From an uncultured Verrucomicrobiae bacterium (GTDB lineage: Bacteria > Verrucomicrobiota > Verrucomicrobiia > Chthoniobacterales > JAATET01), in assembly GCA_963719495.1 (NCBI GenBank), contig CAVRCI010000003.1, forward strand, positions 1-64,000: a stretch of DNA of 64,000 nt, read 5' to 3'. Below the pieces are notes generated by a model. It worked only from the letters and a program-made list of their open reading frames with translations. It did not search any database and was not told the DNA's origin. Made by a program: the position numbers and the translations under genes. Below are positions 19,858-29,871 of the stretch, one piece after another. Position 1 is the first letter of the stretch. The number at the start of each line of letters is the position of its first letter.

Positions 19858-21519
19858 ATGCGCCCCTTCGCTTTCCTGGTCGTTTTTGCCTCCGCTCTCG
19901 CTGCCCCAATCGTCGTCCACGCCGCCGGCCCGTTCCCAAACCCAATCAAGCCAACGAACTTCGTGGTCGAGCTCGCGGACTTCGCCGTCATCCCCGGCTC
20001 GCCCGGCTCGGCCCGAATGAATCTGCTCACGACCGATCCGGCCGGTCGGATCTACGCGAACGACCAGCGGGGTCCGATCTACCTCATCAGCGCCGACGGA
20101 ACCTCCGTCTCGCCCTACCTCAACCTCGCTACGACGGCGGGTGTGAACCTGCAGAGCACCACTGAACAGGGATTTCAGAGCTTCGCGTTTCACCCGCAAT
20201 TCAACCAACCCGGCATGCCCGGATTCGGAAAATTCTACACCGCCCACACTTCGTCCGACCTGACTCCAGTCGCGGATTTCACGCCCGGCGGCGGCGGTGA
20301 CGCCGGCGACAACGTCGTGCTCGAATGGACGACCAGCGATCCGAGCGCGGCCACGTTCGTTCCAGCCGATCCCGCCGCCCCCTTCCGCGAAATCCTCCGC
20401 ATCCAGGCCCCGTTCGGCAATCACACCATGGGCCTCGTCGCGTTCAATCCGAACGCCGCGCCGCCCTCCGCCGAGTTTGGCCTCCTCTACGTCGCGGTCG
20501 GCGACGGAGGCAGCGGCGGAGACCCACTCAATCTTGCTCAGAATCCCGGCAATCCCTACGGCTCCATCCTCCGCATTGATCCACTCGGCACCAACAGTGC
20601 CAACGGCCAATACGGCATCCCCGCGGCGAACCCGTTTGTCGGCAACGCCAACGCGATCAGCGAGACGTTCGCCTATGGCTTCCGCAATCCCCAGCGCTTC
20701 TTCTGGGACCGCGGCGGCAACCAACTCATGTTCATCGCCGACATCGGCCAGAATCTCATCGAGGAAATCGACGTCGGCCTCGCCGGCGGAAACTACGGTT
20801 GGAACCGGCGCGAAGGCAGTTTTGCCTACCCCGGCGCACAGAACGGAAACAGCCTGCGTGGCGACGCTGGCACAACCGGATTCACTTACCCGATCGCCGA
20901 ATACGACCACGACGAAGGCAACGCCGTGACCGTCGGCCCGGTCGAGCGCTCCGGAACGATCCCAAGGCTCTTCGGCAAACTCGTCTTCGCCGATCTCGCC
21001 CGCGGCCGCATTTTTCTCCTCGACGCCGATAACCTGCCCGCCGGTGGTCCGAGTGGCATTTCCGAGCTCCGCGTCCGCCACCAAGGCGTCGAACGCCCCT
21101 TCCAATCCATCATCAATCTCCGCAATCCCGGAGCGAGTCGCTCGGACCTCCGCTTCGGCACCGACACCGCCGGTCGCATCTTCCTCATCAACAAGCAGGA
21201 CAACGTCATCCGCGTTCTCGCACCTACCTTCGTCCCCACCGGCCCACGCCCGAATGTCCGCATCATCGGTCGCAACAAACGCACCACCGACAACAAGCGG
21301 ATCAACATCCGCGGACGCGCCACCGACGACGGCCCAATCGTCCGCGTCGAAATCAAATCCGTTCGCCAAAAGCGCGGTTTCACTCCAGTCGTCGGCACGA
21401 ACGTCTGGCGCGAGCGAATCCGCCTCCGCCCCGGCCGCAATGCCCTCCGCGTCCGAGCCATCGACGCCGACGGTCGGAAATCGCGCGTTGATCGCATCAT
21501 CGTTTTCCGCGAAAAATAA
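19858..21519 (+). CDS. PQQ-dependent glucose/sorbosone dehydrogenase family protein with Arg-rich C-terminal beta domain
   Basis: Signal peptide; EQGFQSFAFHPQF, LYVAVGDGG, YGSILRID, AYGFRNPQRF, ADIGQN, GGNYGW, PIAEYDH. Confidence 0.88.
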   Translation: MRPFAFLVVFASALAAPIVVHAAGPFPNPIKPTNFVVELADFAVIPGSPGSARMNLLTTDPAGRIYANDQRGPIYLISADGTSVSPYLNLATTAGVNLQSTTEQGFQSFAFHPQFNQPGMPGFGKFYTAHTSSDLTPVADFTPGGGGDAGDNVVLEWTTSDPSAATFVPADPAAPFREILRIQAPFGNHTMGLVAFNPNAAPPSAEFGLLYVAVGDGGSGGDPLNLAQNPGNPYGSILRIDPLGTNSANGQYGIPAANPFVGNANAISETFAYGFRNPQRFFWDRGGNQLMFIADIGQNLIEEIDVGLAGGNYGWNRREGSFAYPGAQNGNSLRGDAGTTGFTYPIAEYDHDEGNAVTVGPVERSGTIPRLFGKLVFADLARGRIFLLDADNLPAGGPSGISELRVRHQGVERPFQSIINLRNPGASRSDLRFGTDTAGRIFLINKQDNVIRVLAPTFVPTGPRPNVRIIGRNKRTTDNKRINIRGRATDDGPIVRVEIKSVRQKRGFTPVVGTNVWRERIRLRPGRNALRVRAIDADGRKSRVDRIIVFREK

Positions 21520-21522
21520 CGG

Positions 21523-22590
21523 ATGGTTTATTTCCCCCGAGCGGCTGCCCTGCTGATCGCAGCCTTCACCGCCATCTCGGCGCGGGCGATCACGGTCAAC
21601 GTGCAATACGCCGATCTCGCCGACCCCTTCTTCACACCCGCCGCCCGCGCCACGCTTCAGCAAGCGGCCAACGACGTCAGCTTCGCGATCACGACGTCAC
21701 TCGCCCCGCTGAATCAAAGCTCGTTCACCGGAACGAACGCGTCGACGGACGCGACGGTCGACTGGAATTTCTCCTACACGAACCCAGGCACGGGCGCGCC
21801 CGCACCGGACGTGACGACGTTCAATTTCCTGCAAAACGAATTCCGCATTTTCGTCGGCAGTCGCACGCTGGGCGGTTCGACCCTTGGTCGCGGCGGTCCC
21901 GGCGGAGTGGGAATTGGTCTGAGTGGCAGCGGTTTCGAGAACCAGTGGGACGCCGCCGTCGACAACATGGAAGCCGCCTCGAATGCCTTGATGCCGCGCG
22001 GAGGCCCGGTTCTCGGCGAATTGTCGGGCAGCTTCGATTTCGGGGCCGCGCCCGGCAATTACTCGCTGCAATACGGCTACGCGATCGGCTCCCTCGTCTT
22101 CGACGACGTGTCGACCTGGCACTTCGACTACGCGACCCTCCCCGGGTCCGGCCAGAACGACTTCTACAGCGTCGCCGTTCACGAGATCATCCACTCGATT
22201 GGCTTTGGCACCGGAGACACCTGGGACGCGCTCGTGAGCGGCACCGACTGGCTCGGCCCCGAGGTCGCTGCCACCTGTGGCTGCGGACAAAACGGACTTC
22301 ACACCGATCAATCCCACATTCGTTCCGGCCTCGAAGGCCACCCGCTCATCGACGGCGTCTTCGATCTGAGTTCCACGCAGGAGGCCATCATGGACCCGAC
22401 CCTCACCACCGGCACCCGCAAATACATCACCGACCTCGATCTCGCCTTCCTCAGTGACATGGGTTGGCAGACGGTCGCCGTCCCCGAGCCCCACGCGATC
22501 GCCCTCGTCTTGGCGGCGCTCGTCGTCCTTGGAGGAGCGCGGGCGTCCCGCCTGCGTCCGAGGGCGTCCCGCGGGAAGGCACGTTCCTGA
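21523..22590 (+). CDS. PEP-CTERM-sorted zinc metalloprotease-like (matrixin-like) protein
   Basis: Signal peptide; DFYSVAVHEIIHSIGF (HExxH), distal His and AIMDP Met-turn; VPEP + hydrophobic helix + basic tail. Confidence 0.82.
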   Translation: MVYFPRAAALLIAAFTAISARAITVNVQYADLADPFFTPAARATLQQAANDVSFAITTSLAPLNQSSFTGTNASTDATVDWNFSYTNPGTGAPAPDVTTFNFLQNEFRIFVGSRTLGGSTLGRGGPGGVGIGLSGSGFENQWDAAVDNMEAASNALMPRGGPVLGELSGSFDFGAAPGNYSLQYGYAIGSLVFDDVSTWHFDYATLPGSGQNDFYSVAVHEIIHSIGFGTGDTWDALVSGTDWLGPEVAATCGCGQNGLHTDQSHIRSGLEGHPLIDGVFDLSSTQEAIMDPTLTTGTRKYITDLDLAFLSDMGWQTVAVPEPHAIALVLAALVVLGGARASRLRPRASRGKARS

Positions 22591-22646
22591 AGGCGGAGCC
22601 TCACTCCCCTTGCGACCTCCGAAAACCCGGTTAAAGTTACCGGTTC

Positions 22647-24809
22647 ATGCCGTTCGATCTCTCGTCCCACTACGAACCCCGCGGCGACCAGGCCCAAGCC
22701 ATTGAAAAACTCACCCGCTCCCTGCGAGCGGGCAACCGCCACCAGACGCTCCTCGGCGTCACCGGCTCGGGCAAGACATTCACCGTCGCGAACATCGTCC
22801 GCGAGCTCGACCGTCCGACGCTCGTCATGTCGCACAACAAGACGCTCGCCGCGCAGCTCTACAGCGAGTTCAAACAATTCTTCCCGCGCAACGCCGTCGA
22901 GTATTTCGTATCCTACTTCGACTACTACCAACCCGAGGCCTACATCCCGCGCTCCGACACCTACATTGAGAAGGACTCCTCCATCAACGAGGAGATCGAG
23001 CGCCTCCGCCTCTCCACCGTCAGCTCCCTCCTCTCCCGCCGCGACGTCCTCGTCGTCGCCTCGGTCTCCTGCATCTACGGCCTCGCGTCGCCCGAGGATT
23101 TCCTCCAGATGCTCTGCACGATCCGCCAGCACCAGCAAATGTCTCGCGAGGCGTTCCTGGCCAAGCTCATCGACATGCTCTACGAGCGCAACGACATCGC
23201 CTTCGAGCGCGGGCGATTCCGCGTCCGCGGCGACACCGTCGAAGTCCACCCCGCCCAGGTCGACGATCGGGCGATCCGCGTGGAATTCTTCGGCGACGAA
23301 ATCGACCGCATCAGCGAATTCGATCCGCTCACCGGCCACGTCCACGCCCAGCTCACGAACCTCACGCTCTACCCAGCCAAGCAGTTCGTCACGCCGCACG
23401 ATAAGCTCAACCGCGCCATGCGCGAGATCCGCGCCGAGCTCGACGCCCGCGTCGCCTACTTCGAGAAACACGGCCAGCTCATCGAGGCCCAGCGCATCAA
23501 GATGCGCACGGAATTCGACCTCGAGATGATGCAGGAAATGGGCTTCTGCAACGGCATCGAGAATTACTCGCGCCACCTCACCGGCCGCCCGCCGAACTCG
23601 AAGCCCTACACCCTCATGGACTTCCTGCCGGAAGATTCCCTCATCGTCGTCGACGAATCCCACGCCACCATCCCGCAGGTCGGCGGCATGTACGCCGGCG
23701 ACCGCTCGCGCAAGCAGGTCCTCGTCGACTACGGCTTCCGCCTCCCCAGCGCCCTCGACAACCGCCCGCTCGAATTCGCCGAATACATGGAAAACGTCGG
23801 CCAGCTCGTTTACGTGAGCGCCACGCCCGGCAACTTCGAAGTCATCAACTCCGTCGTCGGCAACACCAGCTACACCGCCGCCAAGGGCGGATTCAAGCAG
23901 CAGAACGACCCCACCCTCATCGCCGGCGGCGACGGCTCCGACACCCAGCGCCCCTTCGATCCAACCACGCCCGGCGCTCCCCTCATCGCCGAGCAAATCA
24001 TCCGCCCCACCGGCCTCCTCGATCCCAAAATCGTCGTCCGGCCCCTCAAAGGCCAGATCGACGAAACGATCGAACGCTGCCGTCAGCGCATCGAAGTCAA
24101 CGAACGCGTCCTCGTCACCACTCTCACCAAGCGCACCGCCGAGGACCTCACCGACTACCTCCGAGACATCGACCTCAAGGTCCGCTACCTCCACTCCGAC
24201 ATCGACACCATCGAGCGGGTGGAAATTCTGCGCGGCCTCCGAGCCGGCGACTTCGACATCCTCGTCGGCATCAACCTCCTCCGCGAAGGCCTCGACCTCC
24301 CCGAGGTCAGCCTCATCTGCATCCTCGACGCCGACAAGGAGGGCTACCTCCGCAGCCAGACCAGCCTCATCCAGACCGCCGGCCGCGCCGCCCGCCACGT
24401 CAACGGCGAGGTCATCCTCTTCGCCGACGTCATCACCCAAAGCATCCAGGCCCTCCTCAACATCAGCGACTACCGCCGCGCCCGCCAGATCGCCTACAAC
24501 AAAAAGCACGGCATCACGCCCAAGTCCGTCGTCCGAGCCGTTCAGGAAAGTCTCCACGTCATTCTTGCGAACAAAGACGACAGCGCCATCGTCTCCGAAA
24601 CCGAGGGCGGCCTCGACCTCCACGAGCTCATGGCCGAGCTCGAGCGCGACATGGCCACCGCCGCCGGCAACATGGAATACGAAAGAGCCGCCCTCCTCCG
24701 CGACCAAATCGCCGAATTGAAAGCCGGAGCCGGAATCGAAAAAATCAGCCCCAACCGCCAACCAGTCAGCTACAAAAAACCAAAAAGAAAACGCTCCGCC
24801 CGAGCCTGA
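22647..24809 (+). CDS. uvrB: Excinuclease ABC subunit B
   Basis: QTLLGVTGSGKTFT, HNKTLAAQLY, YFVSYFDYYQPEAY, DESH, GINLLREGLDLPEVSL, IQTAGRAAR, C-terminal UVR domain. Confidence 0.99.
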   Translation: MPFDLSSHYEPRGDQAQAIEKLTRSLRAGNRHQTLLGVTGSGKTFTVANIVRELDRPTLVMSHNKTLAAQLYSEFKQFFPRNAVEYFVSYFDYYQPEAYIPRSDTYIEKDSSINEEIERLRLSTVSSLLSRRDVLVVASVSCIYGLASPEDFLQMLCTIRQHQQMSREAFLAKLIDMLYERNDIAFERGRFRVRGDTVEVHPAQVDDRAIRVEFFGDEIDRISEFDPLTGHVHAQLTNLTLYPAKQFVTPHDKLNRAMREIRAELDARVAYFEKHGQLIEAQRIKMRTEFDLEMMQEMGFCNGIENYSRHLTGRPPNSKPYTLMDFLPEDSLIVVDESHATIPQVGGMYAGDRSRKQVLVDYGFRLPSALDNRPLEFAEYMENVGQLVYVSATPGNFEVINSVVGNTSYTAAKGGFKQQNDPTLIAGGDGSDTQRPFDPTTPGAPLIAEQIIRPTGLLDPKIVVRPLKGQIDETIERCRQRIEVNERVLVTTLTKRTAEDLTDYLRDIDLKVRYLHSDIDTIERVEILRGLRAGDFDILVGINLLREGLDLPEVSLICILDADKEGYLRSQTSLIQTAGRAARHVNGEVILFADVITQSIQALLNISDYRRARQIAYNKKHGITPKSVVRAVQESLHVILANKDDSAIVSETEGGLDLHELMAELERDMATAAGNMEYERAALLRDQIAELKAGAGIEKISPNRQPVSYKKPKRKRSARA

Positions 24810-24862
24810 TCGGACCCCGCACCGGCAACGCCAAGCGCGAAGCGCGCCCATCGTCCAAACGC

Positions 24863-24958
24863 TGTCATGCTGAGCGAAGCGAAGCATCTCTGGCTGACAC
24901 TGCATTTCACCCCGCCCGCCTGGGAAGCCAGAGATATTTCGCTTCGCTCAATATGACA
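24863..24958. repeat. Palindromic intergenic repeat (same family as 18559)
   Basis: TGTCATGCTGAGCGAAGCGAAGCATCTCTGGCT ... AGCCAGAGATATTTCGCTTCGCTCAATATGACA inverted pair. Confidence 0.8.
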
Positions 24959-24981
24959 AATTAGGTAAACGCAGCCTGAAT

Positions 24982-25065
24982 CAGCCACCAGCCACCAGCC
25001 ACCAGCCACCAGCCACCAGCCACCAGCCACCAGCCACCAGTCACCAGTCACCAGTCACCAATCAC
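24982..25065. repeat. Heptamer tandem repeat (CAGCCAC)8(CAGTCAC)3(CAATCAC)
   Basis: Read directly; ends 7 nt before the ATG at 25073. Confidence 0.95.
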
Positions 25066-25072
25066 CACCGCA

Positions 25073-26134
25073 ATGCCCACCCCACTCAAAATCGGCATCG
25101 TCGGCCTCGGATACCCCGGCCGCATGCACTCCCTCGCCCTCGCCGCCACCCCCGACGCCGAGGTCCACGCCATCGCCGACCTCTCGCCCGAGCGACGCGC
25201 AGCCTACGTCGGGGAATTCGGCAAACCACCCGTCGTCTACGAGAAGTTCGAAGAGCTCCTCGCCGACCCCGACCTCGACGCCATCGTTCTGAGTCTCCCG
25301 AATTTTCTTCACCACCCCACGTCCCTCGCCGTCCTGCAATCCGGCCGTCACGTCCTTTGCGAAAAACCGCCGACGATGAACGCCGCCGAAATGCTCGAAC
25401 TCGAAGCCGAAGCCGAGTCCCGCAAGCTCACCTACTTCTTCGGCCGCCAGATGCGCTTCTCGCCCGAAATGACCGCCGCCCGCGAGATCGTGAAAGCCGG
25501 CACCCTCGGGCCCATCCACCGCGGCGAAGCCCGCTGGCTCCGCTCCCGCTGCATCCCGACCGGCCTCGACTCGTGGTTCACTGACAAACGCCGTTCCGGT
25601 GGCGGCGTCCTCATCGACCTCGGCGTCCACGCCCTCGACGGAGCCTGGTTCCTCATGAACCATCCTCGCCCCGTCACCGTCTCCGCCAAAGTCTCCCAAG
25701 CCTTCGCCCACCTCGTCCCCGACCTCGCCATCAACGACGTCGACGACTGCGCCTCCGCGTTCATCCGCTTCGAGGACGGCAGCGTCATCGACCTGAACGT
25801 GACCTGGGCCGGCCACCACATCGAGAACCCCATCGACGCCACGCAAAACAACCGGAACGGCCACCAGAACACCACCCTCCACGGCAGCCACGGCACCATC
25901 ACGCTCAACCCACCCACCCTCATCACCGGCGACGCCGAGTCGACGAAAAGCCAGCCCATCGCCATCGGGACCGGCGATTCCTTCGCGCTCCAGATGCGCG
26001 ATTTCATCGACGCGATCCTCGGGCGGGCGAAACCGACCAACAGCGCCCGCCAAGCCGTCCACCTCATGGAAATGCTCGACGCCATCTACCAATCCAGCGA
26101 GCTCAACCGCGAAGTCATCCTACCGGAAAATTAG
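25073..26134 (+). CDS. Gfo/Idh/MocA family oxidoreductase
   Basis: KIGIVGLGYPG, PNFLH, HVLCEKP, SGGGVLIDLGVHALD. Confidence 0.93.
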   Translation: MPTPLKIGIVGLGYPGRMHSLALAATPDAEVHAIADLSPERRAAYVGEFGKPPVVYEKFEELLADPDLDAIVLSLPNFLHHPTSLAVLQSGRHVLCEKPPTMNAAEMLELEAEAESRKLTYFFGRQMRFSPEMTAAREIVKAGTLGPIHRGEARWLRSRCIPTGLDSWFTDKRRSGGGVLIDLGVHALDGAWFLMNHPRPVTVSAKVSQAFAHLVPDLAINDVDDCASAFIRFEDGSVIDLNVTWAGHHIENPIDATQNNRNGHQNTTLHGSHGTITLNPPTLITGDAESTKSQPIAIGTGDSFALQMRDFIDAILGRAKPTNSARQAVHLMEMLDAIYQSSELNREVILPEN

Positions 26135-26234
26135 GCCGCCGCGGCGGCCACCGCGGCGCAGCCGCCCCATCGTCCAATCACCCTCCTGTCCTGTTGAGCA
26201 AAGCGAAACATCTCTGGCTCCCGCATTACAAGAG

Positions 26235-26324
26235 TGTAGCGGCGGTCTGTGACCGCCGCTGACCTCCTCACAGGATGATCGACGTCGGGCTCAACGGCGT
26301 CGACGGTCACAGACCATCGCTACA
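26235..26324. repeat. GTAG-type REP inverted pair
   Basis: TGTAGCGGCGGTCTGTGACCGCCG ... CGACGGTCACAGACCATCGCTACA between convergent genes. Confidence 0.75.
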
Positions 26325-26370
26325 AAGTCTCTTTATCAGCGGCACTGGGTGAAGGCCCGCCCAGCCACAC

Positions 26371-27249
26371 TCACCCCCGAAACACCCGCCGCAGAACCCC
26401 GCGAAACACCCCCGCCAACCCAACCCCGACCGCCCCACCGGTCACCACATCCCCCGGGTAATGCGCCCCGAGGTAAACCCGCGAAAACCCAACCAGCCCC
26501 GCCACCACCAGAAACACCCCCCGCCCCCGCGGATACCGGCTCCCCAGCAACATCGCCCCCGCGAACGCCGCCGCGCTGTGACCCGAAGGAAACGAATAAC
26601 TCCCCGGCTTCCGCCCCACCACCACCGCATCCACCAGCGAAACGAACGGTCGATGACGCCGGAAGTAGTGCTTCACCGGCCCCTCGACCACCGCCGTCGC
26701 CAGCCAAAGCGGCGGCATCGCGTCCAGAAGCGCTGCCCGCGCCCGCGGGCGATCCCAAAACGCCGCCACCGCTGGCACCAACATCCAGGCGTGCCCACCC
26801 GTCATCGCTTTACTGAACGCCCGAAAGCCTTCGTTCACGATCGGGGACCTCGGTAGTCCGTTGACCGCCAGGAACGCCCGCGTGTCCAGCGACTCGAGCG
26901 GCCCCAGCCGCGCAAGCACCTCCTGCCGAAGCAAGTCGCGTCCCCTCCGCACCGCCGGATCTTCATCGTCAGCCGCCGCCTCCACGGCCTCGTCCACTGG
27001 CGCATCCTCGATCGCGGAGCCCTCGTCCGGCGTCCGCGCGGCGATCTCCGCGACTCCCGTCAGATCCTTCGCCACTTCATCGTCCACTTCCCGCGGCAGG
27101 TCGACGACCTCCCCCTGCTTCGAGTCACCAGCCGCCCGCGCGACCTCGTCCAGAGCCCTCGCCGCATCGCGCCGCCCGCGCACCCCGGCCATCCCCCGTT
27201 CGATTTGCTCGGTCTCCCGCCTCACCTCGTCTCGCTTCGGTCCGCTCAT
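26371..27249 (-). CDS. PAP2-family phosphatase with acidic N-terminal extension
   Basis: KHYFRRHRP, SFPSGH, SRVYLGAHYPGDV. Confidence 0.9.
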   Translation of the reverse strand: MSGPKRDEVRRETEQIERGMAGVRGRRDAARALDEVARAAGDSKQGEVVDLPREVDDEVAKDLTGVAEIAARTPDEGSAIEDAPVDEAVEAAADDEDPAVRRGRDLLRQEVLARLGPLESLDTRAFLAVNGLPRSPIVNEGFRAFSKAMTGGHAWMLVPAVAAFWDRPRARAALLDAMPPLWLATAVVEGPVKHYFRRHRPFVSLVDAVVVGRKPGSYSFPSGHSAAAFAGAMLLGSRYPRGRGVFLVVAGLVGFSRVYLGAHYPGDVVTGGAVGVGLAGVFRGVLRRVFRG

Positions 27250-27323
27250 CTTGTTAAGTCTACCGTAAGGCTTCCACCCGGCGGACGCCCAATATCTTTT
27301 CCACCACCGAAGCATCCCTCGCC

Positions 27324-28172
27324 ATGGCCCTCTCCTACCAATTGCGCAACCGGTTACCGCAGCCCGAGCCATCGAAAAAACAGACCGTCCTCGTCACCGG
27401 AGCCGCAGGTCGCATCGGCACCCATTTTTGCGAACAAACCCACGAGCGCTACGACCTCCGCCTCCTCGACCACCACGGCAAAACCGATAAGCTGCAAGCG
27501 CTCGGTCAGACTCTCGACTGCGAACTCCGCGACTCCGAAGCGCTCCGCGGTCACCTCACCGGCGTCGACACCGTCCTGCACCTCGCCGCCGATCCGAACC
27601 CCACCGCCGATTGGCGGCACCTCCTCCCCGCCAACGTCCTCGGAACCTACCAGCTCATGACCGCCGCGCTCGCAGCCGGCTGCCGAAAGGTCATCTACGC
27701 GTCCTCGATCCACGCGGTTTCCGGATACCCGACCGACGTTCAGGTCAAAACCAGCGACCCAGTCAATCCCGGCGACCTCTACGGCGTCTCGAAGTGCTTC
27801 GGCGAAGCGCTGGGCCGATTTCTCGCCGAGCAGGAACAAATGGCCGTAATCGCTCTCCGCATCGGGGCCTTCCAACCATCCGAGACCGCAACCCGCTCTG
27901 ACCGGGCTGGAATTTGGAGCGCTTGGATCTCTCCGCGCGATCTCACCCAGCTCATCACGCGTTGCGTCGACGATGCCTCCCTCCAATTCGCGATCTTCCA
28001 CGCCGTCAGCGGCCACCGATTCACCCGCCTCGACATCAGCGACGCCCGCGAGCTGCTCGGATATGCGCCCGAAGACGACTTCACGACCGACCGTCCCGAA
28101 TTCGATCGACTCGACTTCGAACCCCACGGCGAAACGAACCCCCTCCCGAAAACCAACCCGTCCAATGCATGA
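27324..28172 (+). CDS. NAD(P)-dependent epimerase/dehydratase (uronate dehydrogenase-like)
   Basis: VLVTGAAGRIG, YASSIHAV, YGVSKCFGE, ALRIG, WISPRD. Confidence 0.9.
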   Translation: MALSYQLRNRLPQPEPSKKQTVLVTGAAGRIGTHFCEQTHERYDLRLLDHHGKTDKLQALGQTLDCELRDSEALRGHLTGVDTVLHLAADPNPTADWRHLLPANVLGTYQLMTAALAAGCRKVIYASSIHAVSGYPTDVQVKTSDPVNPGDLYGVSKCFGEALGRFLAEQEQMAVIALRIGAFQPSETATRSDRAGIWSAWISPRDLTQLITRCVDDASLQFAIFHAVSGHRFTRLDISDARELLGYAPEDDFTTDRPEFDRLDFEPHGETNPLPKTNPSNA

Positions 28173-28333
28173 AAAAATCCACCACCTGGCTGCTCGTCAG
28201 CGCCGCCACCAGCCTCGCCGGAGCCGCCCTCTACACGCTCTACGGCACGTCCCGCTTCTCCACCGGGCAAACTCGCTACACCCTGGTCCGCTCCGAAGGT
28301 CCGTTCGAAATCCTCCAAGCACTCGCCGAATAA
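28169..28333 (+). pseudogene. Short coupled ORF, possibly a truncated SOUL heme-binding protein N-terminus
   Basis: ATGA overlap with the upstream gene; signal-like segment then TRYTLVRSEGPFEI; stops after 54 aa. Confidence 0.35.
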
Positions 28334-28829
28334 AGGGTAAAGCCTGCGCGCGGAAGCCCGCCGGGTCCGTCGGTCCAGGCTGTCATTGACGGCTTCGCTT
28401 TTCGAGCCGTTACGCGATTCCCGCGCTGGGAAATTGTGTTCCGCTGCTTTCACGCTCGTCGCCGACTCGCTCCTCGCCCCGGGGGGCGATCAAGTATCCG
28501 TGCGGCTTTGCGATCACCCGCCACGGATCGCCCAAGTCCGTCACGAAGACGTAGAGGACGTAGCGCAATCCAGCCGCGCAGTTCCTCACCCCGTGAGCCA
28601 GATGCGGCCATCCCCGCTCCTTCTTGATCGGTTGCGGCCCCGGCCCGTTCTTCGCCTCGGTGATCGTGTCCATCCTCACCGCCGTGCCTTACCGCGTTGA
28701 TGGCGAGGAAACCGGAACGTGCCGTTCTCGAGCAAGCCGGACGGGTTCACGAGGGCCAGCCCGGTAGCCGTCCGCGGAAAGGGGCGAGCCGAACGACGAA
28801 CCCGAAATTCCGCCGTCGAGCCCGCCCAA

Positions 28830-29867
28830 TCAATCAACCGCGCGAAATACTCCTTTGTTCTCCTCGGCCAGCGGCTCCATAAATTTGGTTCCACCGCCTT
28901 TGTAGGCGATCGTGTTGATCTGGACCGGCTTATCCTGATCTTGCTGCTGCTCGGTCACCCACTGGATCAGTTGTTCGCGATCCCTCACGTCGGATCCGTC
29001 CGCGAGTTTCACTCGCAGCTTGGGATCTTTCATCTGGGGCTCGCCATCCGAGAGCAGGACGATGACGTCGGGTTTCATTTTGAAAGCCATCTCCAGTGCC
29101 GACGCCGTTTCCGTCCCCGCATGAATGGTTCCGCCGAACTTACCGCCCGCTTTCTTGCCGGGGATCGGACTCCGCGATTTGAGCCAAGCCATCGCTTTTT
29201 CCACGACTCCGGCTCCCGTTTTTTGAGCGTATTGACTGAATGAATCTGCAAACCCGCCGAAGACGATGATGTTGAACTCGGTCGGACTTTTGAGTTGCCC
29301 CAGTGCTTTCTCGACTTCCTTTTCCATCCCCTCGTAGGCCTCGATTTCCTTCTCGCTGCCGACCATGCTGCCGGAGACATCGAGCACGAAGACGATGCGC
29401 GAGCCGCTGGAACTCACGCCGAAGAAGCTGAATCCCGAGCCGGAGCCTCCCCCACCCCCGCCGGCTCCCGCTCCGAAACCAATCGCGGAGGCGTCGACCT
29501 GACTGTCGATCAAGGCGGACGGATCGAACTCGGTTGTGTCCTCGGCCGGGGCCATCGGCAGGTCGGGCAGGGCGAAGTCCATCTCGCGCAGGCTCATCAT
29601 TTTCACGTCCATCGTGGGCTTGCTCATCGCGGCTTCGAACTCGGCCGAGGCCAGCTTCGGATCGATAATCTTGGGCGGAATCGCGACAATCTTTCGCGAC
29701 ACGAAGACGGCCTGCGGCTCCTGGAAATATCGCGCCACGATCCAGATCGCCGCGCCGACCCCGCCGAGCAGATGCACAACGATGCTGATCACGATCACCC
29801 CCATGATGACCTTGCGGTTGTTACTCTTCCCGAGGAACTGGGAGACGCTGGAGGAGGGTGTCGACAT
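28830..29867 (-). CDS. Membrane-anchored vWA-domain protein
   Basis: TM VIVISIVVHLLGG, Pro-rich linker, Gly tract; MIDAS FVLDVSGSM, GTET, VLLSDGEP, INTIA. Confidence 0.88.
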   Translation of the reverse strand: MSTPSSSVSQFLGKSNNRKVIMGVIVISIVVHLLGGVGAAIWIVARYFQEPQAVFVSRKIVAIPPKIIDPKLASAEFEAAMSKPTMDVKMMSLREMDFALPDLPMAPAEDTTEFDPSALIDSQVDASAIGFGAGAGGGGGGSGSGFSFFGVSSSGSRIVFVLDVSGSMVGSEKEIEAYEGMEKEVEKALGQLKSPTEFNIIVFGGFADSFSQYAQKTGAGVVEKAMAWLKSRSPIPGKKAGGKFGGTIHAGTETASALEMAFKMKPDVIVLLSDGEPQMKDPKLRVKLADGSDVRDREQLIQWVTEQQQDQDKPVQINTIAYKGGGTKFMEPLAEENKGVFRAVD

Positions 29868-29871
29868 AAGG

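Noticed and set aside
28386..28700. Small ORFs on either strand
   Set aside because: No motifs and no way to choose a strand; left unannotated.
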